Source: Oceanispirochaeta sp. (GTDB lineage: Bacteria; Spirochaetota; Spirochaetia; DSM-2461). Taken from it: a stretch of DNA of 64,000 nt. The notes beneath the pieces are model-generated. The model did not search any database, was not told the DNA's origin, and saw only the letters and a program-made list of their open reading frames with translations. Where the stretch lies: contig CAXXXD010000004.1 in the NCBI GenBank assembly GCA_963663385.2, forward strand, positions 576,001 through 640,000, given 5' to 3'. Of this stretch, positions 28,678 through 37,593 are shown piece after piece (position 1 is the stretch's first letter; each line of letters starts with the position of its first letter). The position numbers and the translations under genes are program-made.

Positions 28678-30534
28678 ATGACGGAAACAGAACTGATTCA
28701 GATACTGACGGAAGCCAAAGAGGCTTATTATAATACGGATGCTCCCCTGTTGAGCGATGGGGAATTTGACAGGCTGGAAGAGCAGCTCAGGGAACTGAAT
28801 CCCGAAAGCTTCTATTTCTCAATAGTCGGGACGGATACCTCCCAGGGTGGTAAAATCCGTCATGAAGTGCCCATGCTTTCCATGGGGAAAGCCAAGAATA
28901 TGGCCGATGTCCGCAAATGGATCGACAAAGTGAAAATGCCCGAGGATACCAGGTGGACCATTCAGCCTAAAATCGACGGACTGTCGGCCGCCTGTTATTA
29001 CTCCGGAGGAAAGCTGCAGTATGTAGCCACCCGGGGGGACGGCGAGGTCGGGCAGGATGTCACCTCCATTGCCGATTATATTGAAGATATCCCGAAGACC
29101 ATCGCATCCACTGCTGAAGATATAGAAATCAGGGGCGAGCTGTACCTTCCGAAAAACACGGAATACGACACAAAAGGAAAACCTCTCCGTAATAACTGTG
29201 TCGGTCTGATCAATAGAAAGGAAAACCGGGAAGATCTGAAATATGTCCGCTTTGTCTGTTATCAGACCGCCCGTATGAATCCTTCGGACAGTGAAGCAGG
29301 CATTATTGACTGGCTTTCCGGAAGCGGATTCCATACGGTTGAGTATTTTTCTGTCAGTTCGGACGAACAGATCGAAGCTGTCTACAGGGAGTATCTTGAA
29401 AGGAAACGGGATGAATGGCTTTACGAAACCGACGGGCTGATCCTGGCTGTTGATGACAACCGCCTTCATGAAGAGATAGACAGCCGCTGGGTGGTGGACC
29501 ATCACCATCACTATGCCATCGCCATTAAACCGCCCGCAGCCTCCCGGAAAACCCGCCTGAAGGGTGTCGAATGGCAGGTCAGCCGTCAGGGCGCTCTTGT
29601 GCCTGTTGCCGTATTTGAACCGATTCAGCTGGGGGGCGCCACCCTTAACCGGGCTTCATTGCATAACTATGCTTTTGTTCAGTCCATGGGGCTGCAGCTG
29701 GGGGATGAGCTGCTGATAGAACGGGCGAACGATGTTATCCCTTATGTCCGGGAGAACCTTTCCGCCGGAGACCGGGAGGGGGAGCTGTTCTTCTCCGATG
29801 TGTCTCCTGATTTCTGTCCGGTATGCAAGAGTGCGGTAATGGAGGACGGGGTTCATCTCAAGTGTACCAATCCGGTTTGCCCGGAAAAAGAAATTCAGAC
29901 AATTATCTACTGGGTCAAAGAGTCGGGGATGGAACAGGTGGCGGAAGCTACCATCCGGACCCTGTATGAGAAGGGGATTGCCCGGAGTGTAGGAGAATTC
30001 TACAGGGTTTCCCGTGAAAATCTGATGGGTCTGGAAGGTTTCGGCGATAAGAAGATAAATAATTTTCTGGATCAGCTGGAAAAGGTCCGGACGTTAACAG
30101 CTCCGGAAATGATCAGCCGCCTGGGAATCCCTCTGGTTCAGCAGAAGGCTCTGAAAAAACTGGGTATCCAGAGTATGGAGGACTTCCGGAATTTCGATGA
30201 TGAAACCTATGTGATAGGGCAGAACATCATTGCCTGGAAGAAAAAAGAGGAGAACCAGGCGCTTTTGAAGGAGCTGCTGGATGCCGTAGTCTTGCGGGAG
30301 AGCGGCTCCGTCGAGGTCAAAGGGCAGGTCTGTATGACCGGTAAGGGGCCTCTCGGACGGAAAGAACTGCAGAGAATCATTGAAGAGAGGGGGTACGAGT
30401 TCTCCTCTTCCGTAACAAAGACAACGGACATCCTTTTATGTGAAGACCCGGAAGGAACCAGTTCCAAACTGCAGAAGGCACGCAAAAACGGAACGAAGCT
30501 GATGTCTTATCAGGATTTTCTTAATCAGGAATAG
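28678..30534 (+). CDS. ligA: NAD-dependent DNA ligase (divergent)
   Basis: AYYNTDAPLLSDGEFD, KIDG adenylation motif, ATRGDG, EIRGE, TDGLIL, OB fold, Zn finger CPVC...CTNPVC, C-terminal BRCT (SSKLQKARKNG); the upstream ORF extension overlaps the tRNA and is spurious. Confidence 0.9.
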   Translation: MTETELIQILTEAKEAYYNTDAPLLSDGEFDRLEEQLRELNPESFYFSIVGTDTSQGGKIRHEVPMLSMGKAKNMADVRKWIDKVKMPEDTRWTIQPKIDGLSAACYYSGGKLQYVATRGDGEVGQDVTSIADYIEDIPKTIASTAEDIEIRGELYLPKNTEYDTKGKPLRNNCVGLINRKENREDLKYVRFVCYQTARMNPSDSEAGIIDWLSGSGFHTVEYFSVSSDEQIEAVYREYLERKRDEWLYETDGLILAVDDNRLHEEIDSRWVVDHHHHYAIAIKPPAASRKTRLKGVEWQVSRQGALVPVAVFEPIQLGGATLNRASLHNYAFVQSMGLQLGDELLIERANDVIPYVRENLSAGDREGELFFSDVSPDFCPVCKSAVMEDGVHLKCTNPVCPEKEIQTIIYWVKESGMEQVAEATIRTLYEKGIARSVGEFYRVSRENLMGLEGFGDKKINNFLDQLEKVRTLTAPEMISRLGIPLVQQKALKKLGIQSMEDFRNFDDETYVIGQNIIAWKKKEENQALLKELLDAVVLRESGSVEVKGQVCMTGKGPLGRKELQRIIEERGYEFSSSVTKTTDILLCEDPEGTSSKLQKARKNGTKLMSYQDFLNQE

Positions 30535-30568
30535 ATTGCTGGCAAATATGTAATCTATAAGGCATTTA

Positions 30569-31807
30569 TCAGATATAATGAGCAGGTATTTGAAGTATCT
30601 TTTCATTCAAAGGCTGGATTTCATCAGCATTATTTATAACTAAACCAAGGGGTAAATTGTTTTCTTCCAGAAATCTGTTTAAAGAAGTCAGTTGCTTGAG
30701 TTTGGTAGTGCTGCCGAATTTTATTTCTATTGGTAGGGTTCCGAATCCTCCCTCCAATATCAGATCTATTTCTGCTCCGTTTCTTGTTCTGTAGTAATAG
30801 TATTCCCATCTTCCCAAATCCAGAGTATTCATCCCCTTTAAAATTTCTTCAGTGATAAATGCTTCAAAACTGAATCCTACCTGTCTGTAACGGAGTAGAT
30901 CCTCCCTGTCTTTTACACCGGCCAGGTAGTGTGCTAAACCACTGTCTCTGAATACTCCCTTGGGCATTTTCACAATAGATTTAGATCTGGATTTTTCATA
31001 GGATGGTATTTTCCTCCAGATAAAAGTAGAATCGGCTATATCAAGATAATCCTTGACCGACGGCTCCGAAATATCCAAAGCCCTGCTGAGAGATGCTTTA
31101 TTAATTATGGTTCCGGAAAGCTGGGAAAGTATATCAATAAATCGCCTGTATTTAAGAGAATCCAGTCTGGGGAACAATTTTCTTATATCTCTTTCTATGT
31201 ATGACTGGAAATAGTTCTCCATCCAGAGCCGATGGAAGACTGGATCATCAGCTAATACTGGTTCGGGGTAACCGCCTGAAAAAAAAGATTTTAGAGTATC
31301 TGATTTATAATTATAAACATGTTTTTTTAAGGAAAGGAATCTGTCTTTTGATATTTCATCATGAAAGAGAGAATAGAATTCCGGTAAAGGTTTTTCTTCT
31401 CTTTCATTTACTTTAAGTGTTGATACCTGGACTATTGCAATACGACCTGCCAGGGAATCTGCTGCTTCTCTCAGAAGGGAGGGGGAACTGGATCCTGTTA
31501 AAATAAAACGATTCTTTCTTGACCGGTCTTTATCGATTACTCCTCTGAGTTCCTTAAAGAGTTGAGGTAATTCCTGAGCTTCATCTAAAATGACGGAATC
31601 ATAAAATTGTGAGAAAAAAAACTGGAAATCTCTGGAAATAAAATCGAAATCCCTATTGTTCTGCAGATCAAAGTATTTCCAGTCAGGACGGCACATTTGG
31701 GCTAAGGTTGTTTTCCCTGTCTGCCTGGCGCCAATAATTAATACAACTGGGAAATAACCCAGGTTTTTATTGATCATCTCTTCAGAATTTCGTTTTATAC
31801 CATGCAT
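30569..31807 (-). CDS. AAA+ ATP-binding protein with DUF4143 / PD-(D/E)xK-like C-terminus
   Basis: GARQTGKTT, LDEAQ, LTGSS, LAGRI, GGYPE, DSGL, YYRTRNGAEIDL, PIEIK. Confidence 0.92.
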   Translation of the reverse strand: MHGIKRNSEEMINKNLGYFPVVLIIGARQTGKTTLAQMCRPDWKYFDLQNNRDFDFISRDFQFFFSQFYDSVILDEAQELPQLFKELRGVIDKDRSRKNRFILTGSSSPSLLREAADSLAGRIAIVQVSTLKVNEREEKPLPEFYSLFHDEISKDRFLSLKKHVYNYKSDTLKSFFSGGYPEPVLADDPVFHRLWMENYFQSYIERDIRKLFPRLDSLKYRRFIDILSQLSGTIINKASLSRALDISEPSVKDYLDIADSTFIWRKIPSYEKSRSKSIVKMPKGVFRDSGLAHYLAGVKDREDLLRYRQVGFSFEAFITEEILKGMNTLDLGRWEYYYYRTRNGAEIDLILEGGFGTLPIEIKFGSTTKLKQLTSLNRFLEENNLPLGLVINNADEIQPLNEKILQIPAHYI

Positions 31808-31965
31808 ATCTTAATTATACTCTTAGAATTTACTGGTGTAAAGACTGTTGCTTTGAATTGATGTCTAATCTTATCAGCCAAAGAAATACGAGATATTACT
31901 GAGAGACCCTCTTAGGATCTACTGATGCAGAGATGGCTATTTATGGTTGGAAGTGCTCAAAATGT

Positions 31966-33201
31966 TTATAAATCGTGCTGGATGATCCCTGCGATCCTTT
32001 CCGCTCTTCTGATATCTTCTATCCGGATCTCATTTTTGTATCGTTCCAGAAAAGAGGGGTAGAGCTCTTCTCCTCCGGCCAGGACATAAGCGGAGCTGAT
32101 CAGACGGTTCCCGTTTCTTGAACTGTTTTTCTGCTCATCCATCAGGGCTCTGTAACGTTTATAGGCCATCATTATGCTTGATTCGATTTCGTCCATCTGC
32201 TTCACTTCTTCCGGACGGGGCGGAATCAGGATGTTGTCTCCGGGATGAATATAGTCGGGATCGGGGTAGTTTTCCCTGTTTTTGCTGTACAGATAGGGCC
32301 ATAAGTGGATATTCCCCCAGCGGTCTCTTGCCAGGATACTGAAAGAATCCCCGCTGCTGATAGTATAGGGCGTTGGATCCGCCGGGATTTCCGGTTCAGG
32401 AACAATTTCATTTTCAATCGGCTCCGGCTCCGGAGGAGGTTCCGGGGCCTCTTCCTCTATCTCTTCAGCTGCCGGTTCGGCAGGTGTTTCGACAACTTCG
32501 TTTTTCACGACAGTCTGTTGTACCTCTGTGGGAGCCGGTTTTTCGGATTCCTTTGTTTTTCCCACCAGTATGACGCCTCCCAGTATCAGCACCAGCGCCA
32601 GAAGGGCTGCTCCTGTTATCAGGGTTTTCTTTTTACCGCTTGACTGATCCCGTTCCTTGTCAAACTCAAAATCGGGTTCGGGTTCGGGTTCGGGTTCGGG
32701 TTCGGGTTCGGGTTCGGGTTCGGGTTCGGGTTCGGGTTCGGGTTCGGGTTCGGGTTCGGGTTCGGGTTCAGGTTCAGGTTCAGGTTCAGCAGGGGGTTCC
32801 TGAAGGTAAGTCAGTTCATATTTCTGTGCCTTCAGCAGCAGGCCTTCATGAACCCCTTCCCCTTCTTCCAGATCAATATCTTCCTCCAGAATTATCGGTT
32901 TCAGATGCCCGTACTCCCGGTTGATCCTGTCTGCCAGAGCGGCGGCGGGCGTGAATTTGAGTCTGTAGTGGGCCGGAATGGTAATAGCTTCTCCTGTGTG
33001 AGGATTTCTTCCTTCAGTTTCGGCTGCGAAAACCTTTTTAAAGGTTCCGAACCCGTGGAGGGTCATCCGGTCTCCGGTTTTAAGCTGTTCCGTTATAATA
33101 TTGAATAGTTCTTTTATCAGGTCGCGAGTTGTATCGTGGTCCGTATCAACCTTGCTTAGAACCCTCTGGACAAGTTTTTCGGGAGTCAGGGTATTACTCA
33201 T
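31966..33201 (-). CDS. HU-family DNA-binding domain fused to Pro/Glu spacer, TM helix and LysM domain
   Basis: HU: LHGFGTFK...GRNPHTGEAITIPAHYRLKFTPA; (EP)19; TM LITGAALLALVLILGGVILV after KKK; LysM YTISSGDSFSILARDRWGNIHLWPYLYSKN...DPDYIHPGDNILIP. Confidence 0.9.
   Translation of the reverse strand: MSNTLTPEKLVQRVLSKVDTDHDTTRDLIKELFNIITEQLKTGDRMTLHGFGTFKKVFAAETEGRNPHTGEAITIPAHYRLKFTPAAALADRINREYGHLKPIILEEDIDLEEGEGVHEGLLLKAQKYELTYLQEPPAEPEPEPEPEPEPEPEPEPEPEPEPEPEPEPEPEPEPEPDFEFDKERDQSSGKKKTLITGAALLALVLILGGVILVGKTKESEKPAPTEVQQTVVKNEVVETPAEPAAEEIEEEAPEPPPEPEPIENEIVPEPEIPADPTPYTISSGDSFSILARDRWGNIHLWPYLYSKNRENYPDPDYIHPGDNILIPPRPEEVKQMDEIESSIMMAYKRYRALMDEQKNSSRNGNRLISSAYVLAGGEELYPSFLERYKNEIRIEDIRRAERIAGIIQHDL
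32672..32785 (-). repeat. hexanucleotide SSR encoding (EP)n
   Basis: 16 x TCGGGT followed by 3 x TCAGGT on the + strand. Confidence 0.95.
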
Positions 33202-33469
33202 TGACCTTTCCCTTCAGAATGGAAGAGGGGCGAAAAAGAACCTTCCGTCTTTTCGGCAGGATCATCTTTTTCTTCAGGGAGGGGTTGAATCCGATCCTCT
33301 CATTCTTCACTTCCGTTTTAAATGTGCCGAAACCGGTCTGGCTGCAGCTCTCCCCTTCTTCCATAATAAGGGTAATCTCTTCCAGGGTTTTATCCAGTAC
33401 GTCTTTTACTGTTTTTTGAGAGAGGGAGAGTCTTTTGGCAAGTTCTCTGACCAGTTCCTGTTTGTTCAT
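33194..33469 (-). CDS. HU/IHF-family DNA-binding protein
   Basis: MNKQELVRELA...GFGTF...RIGFNP...ILPKRRKVLFRPS; 91 aa; overlaps start of the HU-LysM gene by 8 nt. Confidence 0.92.
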   Translation of the reverse strand: MNKQELVRELAKRLSLSQKTVKDVLDKTLEEITLIMEEGESCSQTGFGTFKTEVKNERIGFNPSLKKKMILPKRRKVLFRPSSILKGKVNE

Positions 33470-33604
33470 TTTCTGTTCACGCTTAAATAGTTTTTCGGTA
33501 GGGAGGTCTTAAATCTTTATGAATAAAAGAGATCCCCGACTATTATAAAATACATCTTATACAGGAGAACTTCAATCAGAAAAAAAACAGGTATAAGACG
33601 TCTG

Positions 33605-34027
33605 TCAGCCAAAGGTAACCCCCGAATACAAAATAATATTGGCATAGGGCATGACTTCTCCCGTACGCACTACCGCTTTGGTCCGGGCTGTCTCTTTCTT
33701 GAATTCCTCATGGGGGATATAGGATAGGACCGGTTTGTAACCGGACTCTTTTTCATAGTCCGCCAGAACACTGATGATCTCCTCCAGCCCTTCGGGATTT
33801 GCAGTCTGAATTTCATCCGCCAGGATAATTTTTTCGACGCATAGTTCTTCCAGTACGGTTTTAAGAACATCCGTAAAACGGGGCAGTCCCGGTTTTACAG
33901 CCAGGTCTATTCTGTAGCATACATCGGGAACCGGGAGGCCCGCATCGGCGATTGTCAGACCGTCGGTATGACCCATCCCGGATATTATGGATGATATCTC
34001 CGAGTTTAATAAATTCCCTCTTTTCAT
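33605..34027 (-). CDS. rbsD: D-ribose pyranase
   Basis: MKRGNLLNSEIS..MGHTD..IADAGLP..RIDLA..HEEFK..RTGEVMPYANIILYSGVTF. Confidence 0.95.
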   Translation of the reverse strand: MKRGNLLNSEISSIISGMGHTDGLTIADAGLPVPDVCYRIDLAVKPGLPRFTDVLKTVLEELCVEKIILADEIQTANPEGLEEIISVLADYEKESGYKPVLSYIPHEEFKKETARTKAVVRTGEVMPYANIILYSGVTFG

Positions 34028-34230
34028 ATGCTTTCTCCTGAATGTTTTCTTATCGGTTTCCTGTTTAAATTCTTGTCTTTTCCCGGTGTAAAGTCAAGGC
34101 GTCAGGGAAATCTGAGGATATCACAAGAAAATTAAAAAATCCCTTATCCCCTTATGCCGGGTCCCCCGATATTATAAATATATTACTAATATGCGTCTGC
34201 CGGAATGTGTACTGCCCAAGGGAGACAATT

Positions 34231-34431
34231 ATGGATTTTGTTACTTATCTTGTCTACAAAGACTACATTCCCTTTCAAGTCGGTCTTAATCTGCTGAGAA
34301 CCTGTATTGCCGAGGAACACCTGAATCAGGTTGTGGAAGAACTGGTTCTGAGGAATATCCTGTCCAGTGATGAAGTGATCAAGCTGCATCATAAATGGGA
34401 GCAGGAAGAGGACGAGGGGCATTCCGTATAA
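34231..34431 (+). CDS. small hypothetical protein (66 aa)
   Basis: RBS GGGAG before ATG 34231; helical amphipathic sequence; own intergenic space. Confidence 0.6.
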   Translation: MDFVTYLVYKDYIPFQVGLNLLRTCIAEEHLNQVVEELVLRNILSSDEVIKLHHKWEQEEDEGHSV

Positions 34432-34501
34432 TCTGATTTACTGATTTCCATATAACAAATCCTGTTGACAGGAAAATATTCAGAGATTAAAATATGTATA
34501 C

Positions 34502-34627
34502 ATTGTCTATCTATAAAGTATACAAATGATACTCGACAGAATACTGAGATTATTTGTATATAGGGGTTCATATTTCTGTTCCCGGTATCATTCCTATAAT
34601 AAAATGTATACAAAGTCGATAGACAAT
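34502..34627. promoter_or_regulatory. inverted pair of candidate Rrf2-family operator sites
   Basis: ATTGTCTATC-N6-GTATACAAAT (34502-34527) and its reverse-complement counterpart AAATGTATAC-N6-GATAGACAAT (34602-34627) upstream of the tauE-rrf2 genes. Confidence 0.6.
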
Positions 34628-34652
34628 ATAGTATTAAAAATAGGAGTATTTT

Positions 34653-35630
34653 ATGGAAAAGATAATGGGATGGGAAGTATCCAGGCAGCTGGAAAAGGAT
34701 AAGCCCACCGTTAGAGAACGGCTTATTCCACAGAAAAGTGAGCTTACCGCTGCAGGATTAAGCCTCTCTCTATTTCTGCTGTTGTTTCTGCTGGCCTGTT
34801 ATGCTCCCGGCATATACCGGGACAGAGCTTCGGATATACCGGTAAGATTGATAAACTGGTGGGTTGTTATTCTGGCTGTGGTCCTCGAGTTTCTGGACAG
34901 CGCAGCAGGGATGGGGTACGGTACGGCCATAACGCCGCTTCTGATGCTTCTTGGTTACGACCCGCTGCAAATTGTTCCTGCTGTAATGATTCAGCAGGCG
35001 GCAGCGGGGTTAACAACAGCCTTTCTGCATCGGGAGTTTTCAAATGTGGAATGGCGTTTCCGGCCCCTGTCCGAAACTGTACGGCTGTGTCTGATTATCA
35101 CTGTGGCAGGCTGTATAGCGACAATAGTTTCAATTACTGCTGTTTATGCCGTCTTTAAGACTGCTGAAAACTGGATTCGTCTTTATGTTGCAGTTCTGTT
35201 GATTATTATGGGTGTGGTTTCTCTTGTTCGCTCTGCTAAAAAAAGGCCATACCAGCCCATGAAGATGTTCTTTTTTGGTGCCCTGGCCGGTTTTAACAAA
35301 GGAATCGGCGGAGGAGGATACGGGCCGGTTGTCACCATCGGCGGTCTGCTGTCCGGTGTACCAGTCAAGACTATGACAGCTGTAACGTCCTTCTCTGAAG
35401 GTATTGTCTGTACCGTATCGGTAATAGTATGGCTCAGTTTGATGAAATACGGAGTGAATCCGGATTTTATTCTTCTGCCTTCTATGCTCCTCGGCAGTAT
35501 GGTTGCGGTAGTCGCTGCGCCTTATGCTGTTAAGATCATTCCACAGAAGACCTGGAATTGGTTTGTACCGGCCTATTCCTGCTGTCTGGCAGTCTTCTGC
35601 CTGATAAAAGTGGTTGGTTATTTTTTGTGA
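34653..35630 (+). CDS. sulfite exporter TauE/SafE family membrane protein
   Basis: EFLDSAAGMGYG, AGFNKGIGGGGYGP, multiple TM helices; RBS AGGAG. Confidence 0.88.
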   Translation: MEKIMGWEVSRQLEKDKPTVRERLIPQKSELTAAGLSLSLFLLLFLLACYAPGIYRDRASDIPVRLINWWVVILAVVLEFLDSAAGMGYGTAITPLLMLLGYDPLQIVPAVMIQQAAAGLTTAFLHREFSNVEWRFRPLSETVRLCLIITVAGCIATIVSITAVYAVFKTAENWIRLYVAVLLIIMGVVSLVRSAKKRPYQPMKMFFFGALAGFNKGIGGGGYGPVVTIGGLLSGVPVKTMTAVTSFSEGIVCTVSVIVWLSLMKYGVNPDFILLPSMLLGSMVAVVAAPYAVKIIPQKTWNWFVPAYSCCLAVFCLIKVVGYFL

Positions 35631-35650
35631 TTGCCTTAGAATTGAGAGAT

Positions 35651-36061
35651 ATGAAATTATCGACAAAAAGTGAATATGCCTGTCTGGCTCTTATTGAGCT
35701 GGCAAAAAATTATGGTGAAAGATATACAAAGATTCTGGAGATTACCGATAGCAAAAAAATTCCCCGGAAATATCTGGAACAGATTATGCTTGTTTTGAAA
35801 GGGGGAGGGATCATTCAGAGTAAGATGGGTCCGGACGGTGGTTATAAGCTATCACGTCCTCCCGAAGAGATTACTCTGGCACAGGTCGTTCGTCTGCTGG
35901 ACGGTGCACTGGCACCGGTATTATCGGTGAGTGAGTATTTCTATGAGTCTTCTCCCATCGAACAGAGCAGTGAGCTATTAAATGTTTTTTCGGAAATACG
36001 TCAGTATATCTCTGACAGAATGGAGAATACTACATTCCGGGACCTGATTCCGGGAGAATAA
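35651..36061 (+). CDS. Rrf2-family transcriptional regulator (CymR-like, lacks the three Fe-S Cys)
   Basis: MKLSTKSEYACLAL, IPRKYLEQIM, SKMGPDGGYKL, ITLAQVVRLLDG. Confidence 0.92.
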   Translation: MKLSTKSEYACLALIELAKNYGERYTKILEITDSKKIPRKYLEQIMLVLKGGGIIQSKMGPDGGYKLSRPPEEITLAQVVRLLDGALAPVLSVSEYFYESSPIEQSSELLNVFSEIRQYISDRMENTTFRDLIPGE

Positions 36062-36087
36062 TTCCCGGTGGATTTTTTATAGATTCA

Positions 36088-36113
36088 AATGTCTATAATA
36101 TCTGTAGATAAAG
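36088..36113 (+). promoter_or_regulatory. third candidate Rrf2 operator site
   Basis: AATGTCTATA-N6-GTAGATAAAG, same spacing as the 34502/34602 sites, just upstream of RBS AAGGAG. Confidence 0.45.
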
Positions 36114-36130
36114 TATATAAGGAGCCGCTT

Positions 36131-36529
36131 ATGAAAAGCCTTTCCTATTTGATAACTAAGAAGAACCCGAAGGGCTGGAGTGATTGCATGGATTACTGTT
36201 GCAGGCTTCCGGATCTGTCGAGCAGGACTGAAATCTCTGTCCAGTTGAGTGTAAAAGAGAGGGTCTGTAGTGATTTTACTTTGATTTCCTACTATGCGGC
36301 ATACAGCTGGACGTTTGCAGACGGGAGTGTCTGCCGGTTTGATAAGGTTTATGGCGGTGTATGCGAGTATGATAGTCCCCGTCGACATGAATTGATGCGT
36401 CGGGTGGCTATACAGAGACTGCAGAAGGATTTTGATAGTCTCAATCGCTGCGGTGTCGGCTATTGTATTGCGTCTACTACTGAAGAGAACTGGTATATCG
36501 CCGAAACAGTAAAAACAGAATGTTCATAA
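36131..36529 (+). CDS. Cys-rich hypothetical protein
   Basis: RBS AAGGAG before ATG 36131; 132 aa with 9 Cys. Confidence 0.6.
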   Translation: MKSLSYLITKKNPKGWSDCMDYCCRLPDLSSRTEISVQLSVKERVCSDFTLISYYAAYSWTFADGSVCRFDKVYGGVCEYDSPRRHELMRRVAIQRLQKDFDSLNRCGVGYCIASTTEENWYIAETVKTECS

Positions 36530-36681
36530 TCCGGATTTAAGAGTCCATAGTTCTGTGTCATCATGAAAAGATTGACAATATATCAGTTGATTATCAGGAC
36601 TGTTACCTGAAAACTGTGGTTTCTAATGCGATCAAATCGTCTTTTTCTAGGCTGTATAGTGGTACTCTACCTGGGAATATG

Positions 36682-37341
36682 TCATTCCCTGTTGACCCGG
36701 GCATACCCAAGGGTGATAAAGGGTGAAACCATAAATGAGTGGAATTTGTCCGGTTTATGGAATGTCCCTTCTTTATCATCTATGCCGATGAGGGAGGAGG
36801 AGTAAAAGTCCCATGCCAGGATTGTTCCCAGACCAAGAAAGAAATTGGGATGGAAGTTCAGGCGGCAGCCCATCTCTCCGCCGATTCCGAGTTTGTTTGT
36901 CAACTGGTAGGAGGAGTAGGACTCCTCTTCATTTTTCAGTGTGTCGTGGTAGGTAAACTGGAGGTAGTGCAGGCCGATACCTCCATAGGGCTGGATCATA
37001 TTGTAATATTCCGTTCCCTTGAATCCGGGGCCGATTATGTAGCTGCCTGCTGTGGCGGCATCCGCTTCCGTATAATCAAAATCTTCATTCTTCCGGGGGG
37101 CCAGCAGGCTTGTGTGAAGAAACAATCCTATATTCCTGTCTTTTTTAAACCGGTAGAAGGACAGGCTGATTCCTTTGGATTCCGTATGAAACGTGTCTTT
37201 GTCCGAGTCGGTTGTCTCTGAGTGGTAGTCATGGGCGTATTCATACCCGATATTCAGCCATTCGTCATTCTCTTTCGCCTCAAGAAAAAAAAGGGAAAAC
37301 AATTGTAAATACAGGATTATATGTTTTGTTCTTCTATTCAT
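36682..37341 (-). CDS. putative small outer-membrane beta-barrel protein
   Basis: N-terminal signal-like segment, alternating aromatic/Gly strands (PYGGIGLHY, LGIGGEMG, FFLGLG), C-terminal strand PFITLGY. Confidence 0.6.
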   Translation of the reverse strand: MNRRTKHIILYLQLFSLFFLEAKENDEWLNIGYEYAHDYHSETTDSDKDTFHTESKGISLSFYRFKKDRNIGLFLHTSLLAPRKNEDFDYTEADAATAGSYIIGPGFKGTEYYNMIQPYGGIGLHYLQFTYHDTLKNEEESYSSYQLTNKLGIGGEMGCRLNFHPNFFLGLGTILAWDFYSSSLIGIDDKEGTFHKPDKFHSFMVSPFITLGYARVNRE

Positions 37342-37554
37342 TTATTAATAACTTAAGGACTTATAAGTTTGGCTGTCAATAGCGGGAGAAGCGGTCTGTA
37401 TTTTTATATGTTCAATCCGTGAATCCTCAAACACAAAACACGCACAAAGTGTTTTTTATTCATAATTTATCTCTAGTTATTATGTACTTTTCAAACCTTA
37501 GTGGAAACCAGGGGTAAAATCTTCCTATTATAAAGCATCATTGTTGATGGAGAT

Positions 37555-37571
37555 ATAGGAAAAAGTCCTAT
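37555..37571. promoter_or_regulatory. palindromic operator ATAGGA-N5-TCCTAT (copy 1)
   Basis: ataggaaaaagtcctat upstream of the BNR lipoprotein; same motif twice at 38861 and 38978. Confidence 0.5.
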
Positions 37572-37593
37572 CTTTTAATTTTGTTCCTGTAAT

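Noticed and set aside
32640..32924. (RV)n ORF on the + strand
   Set aside because: Antisense reading of the EP-coding SSR
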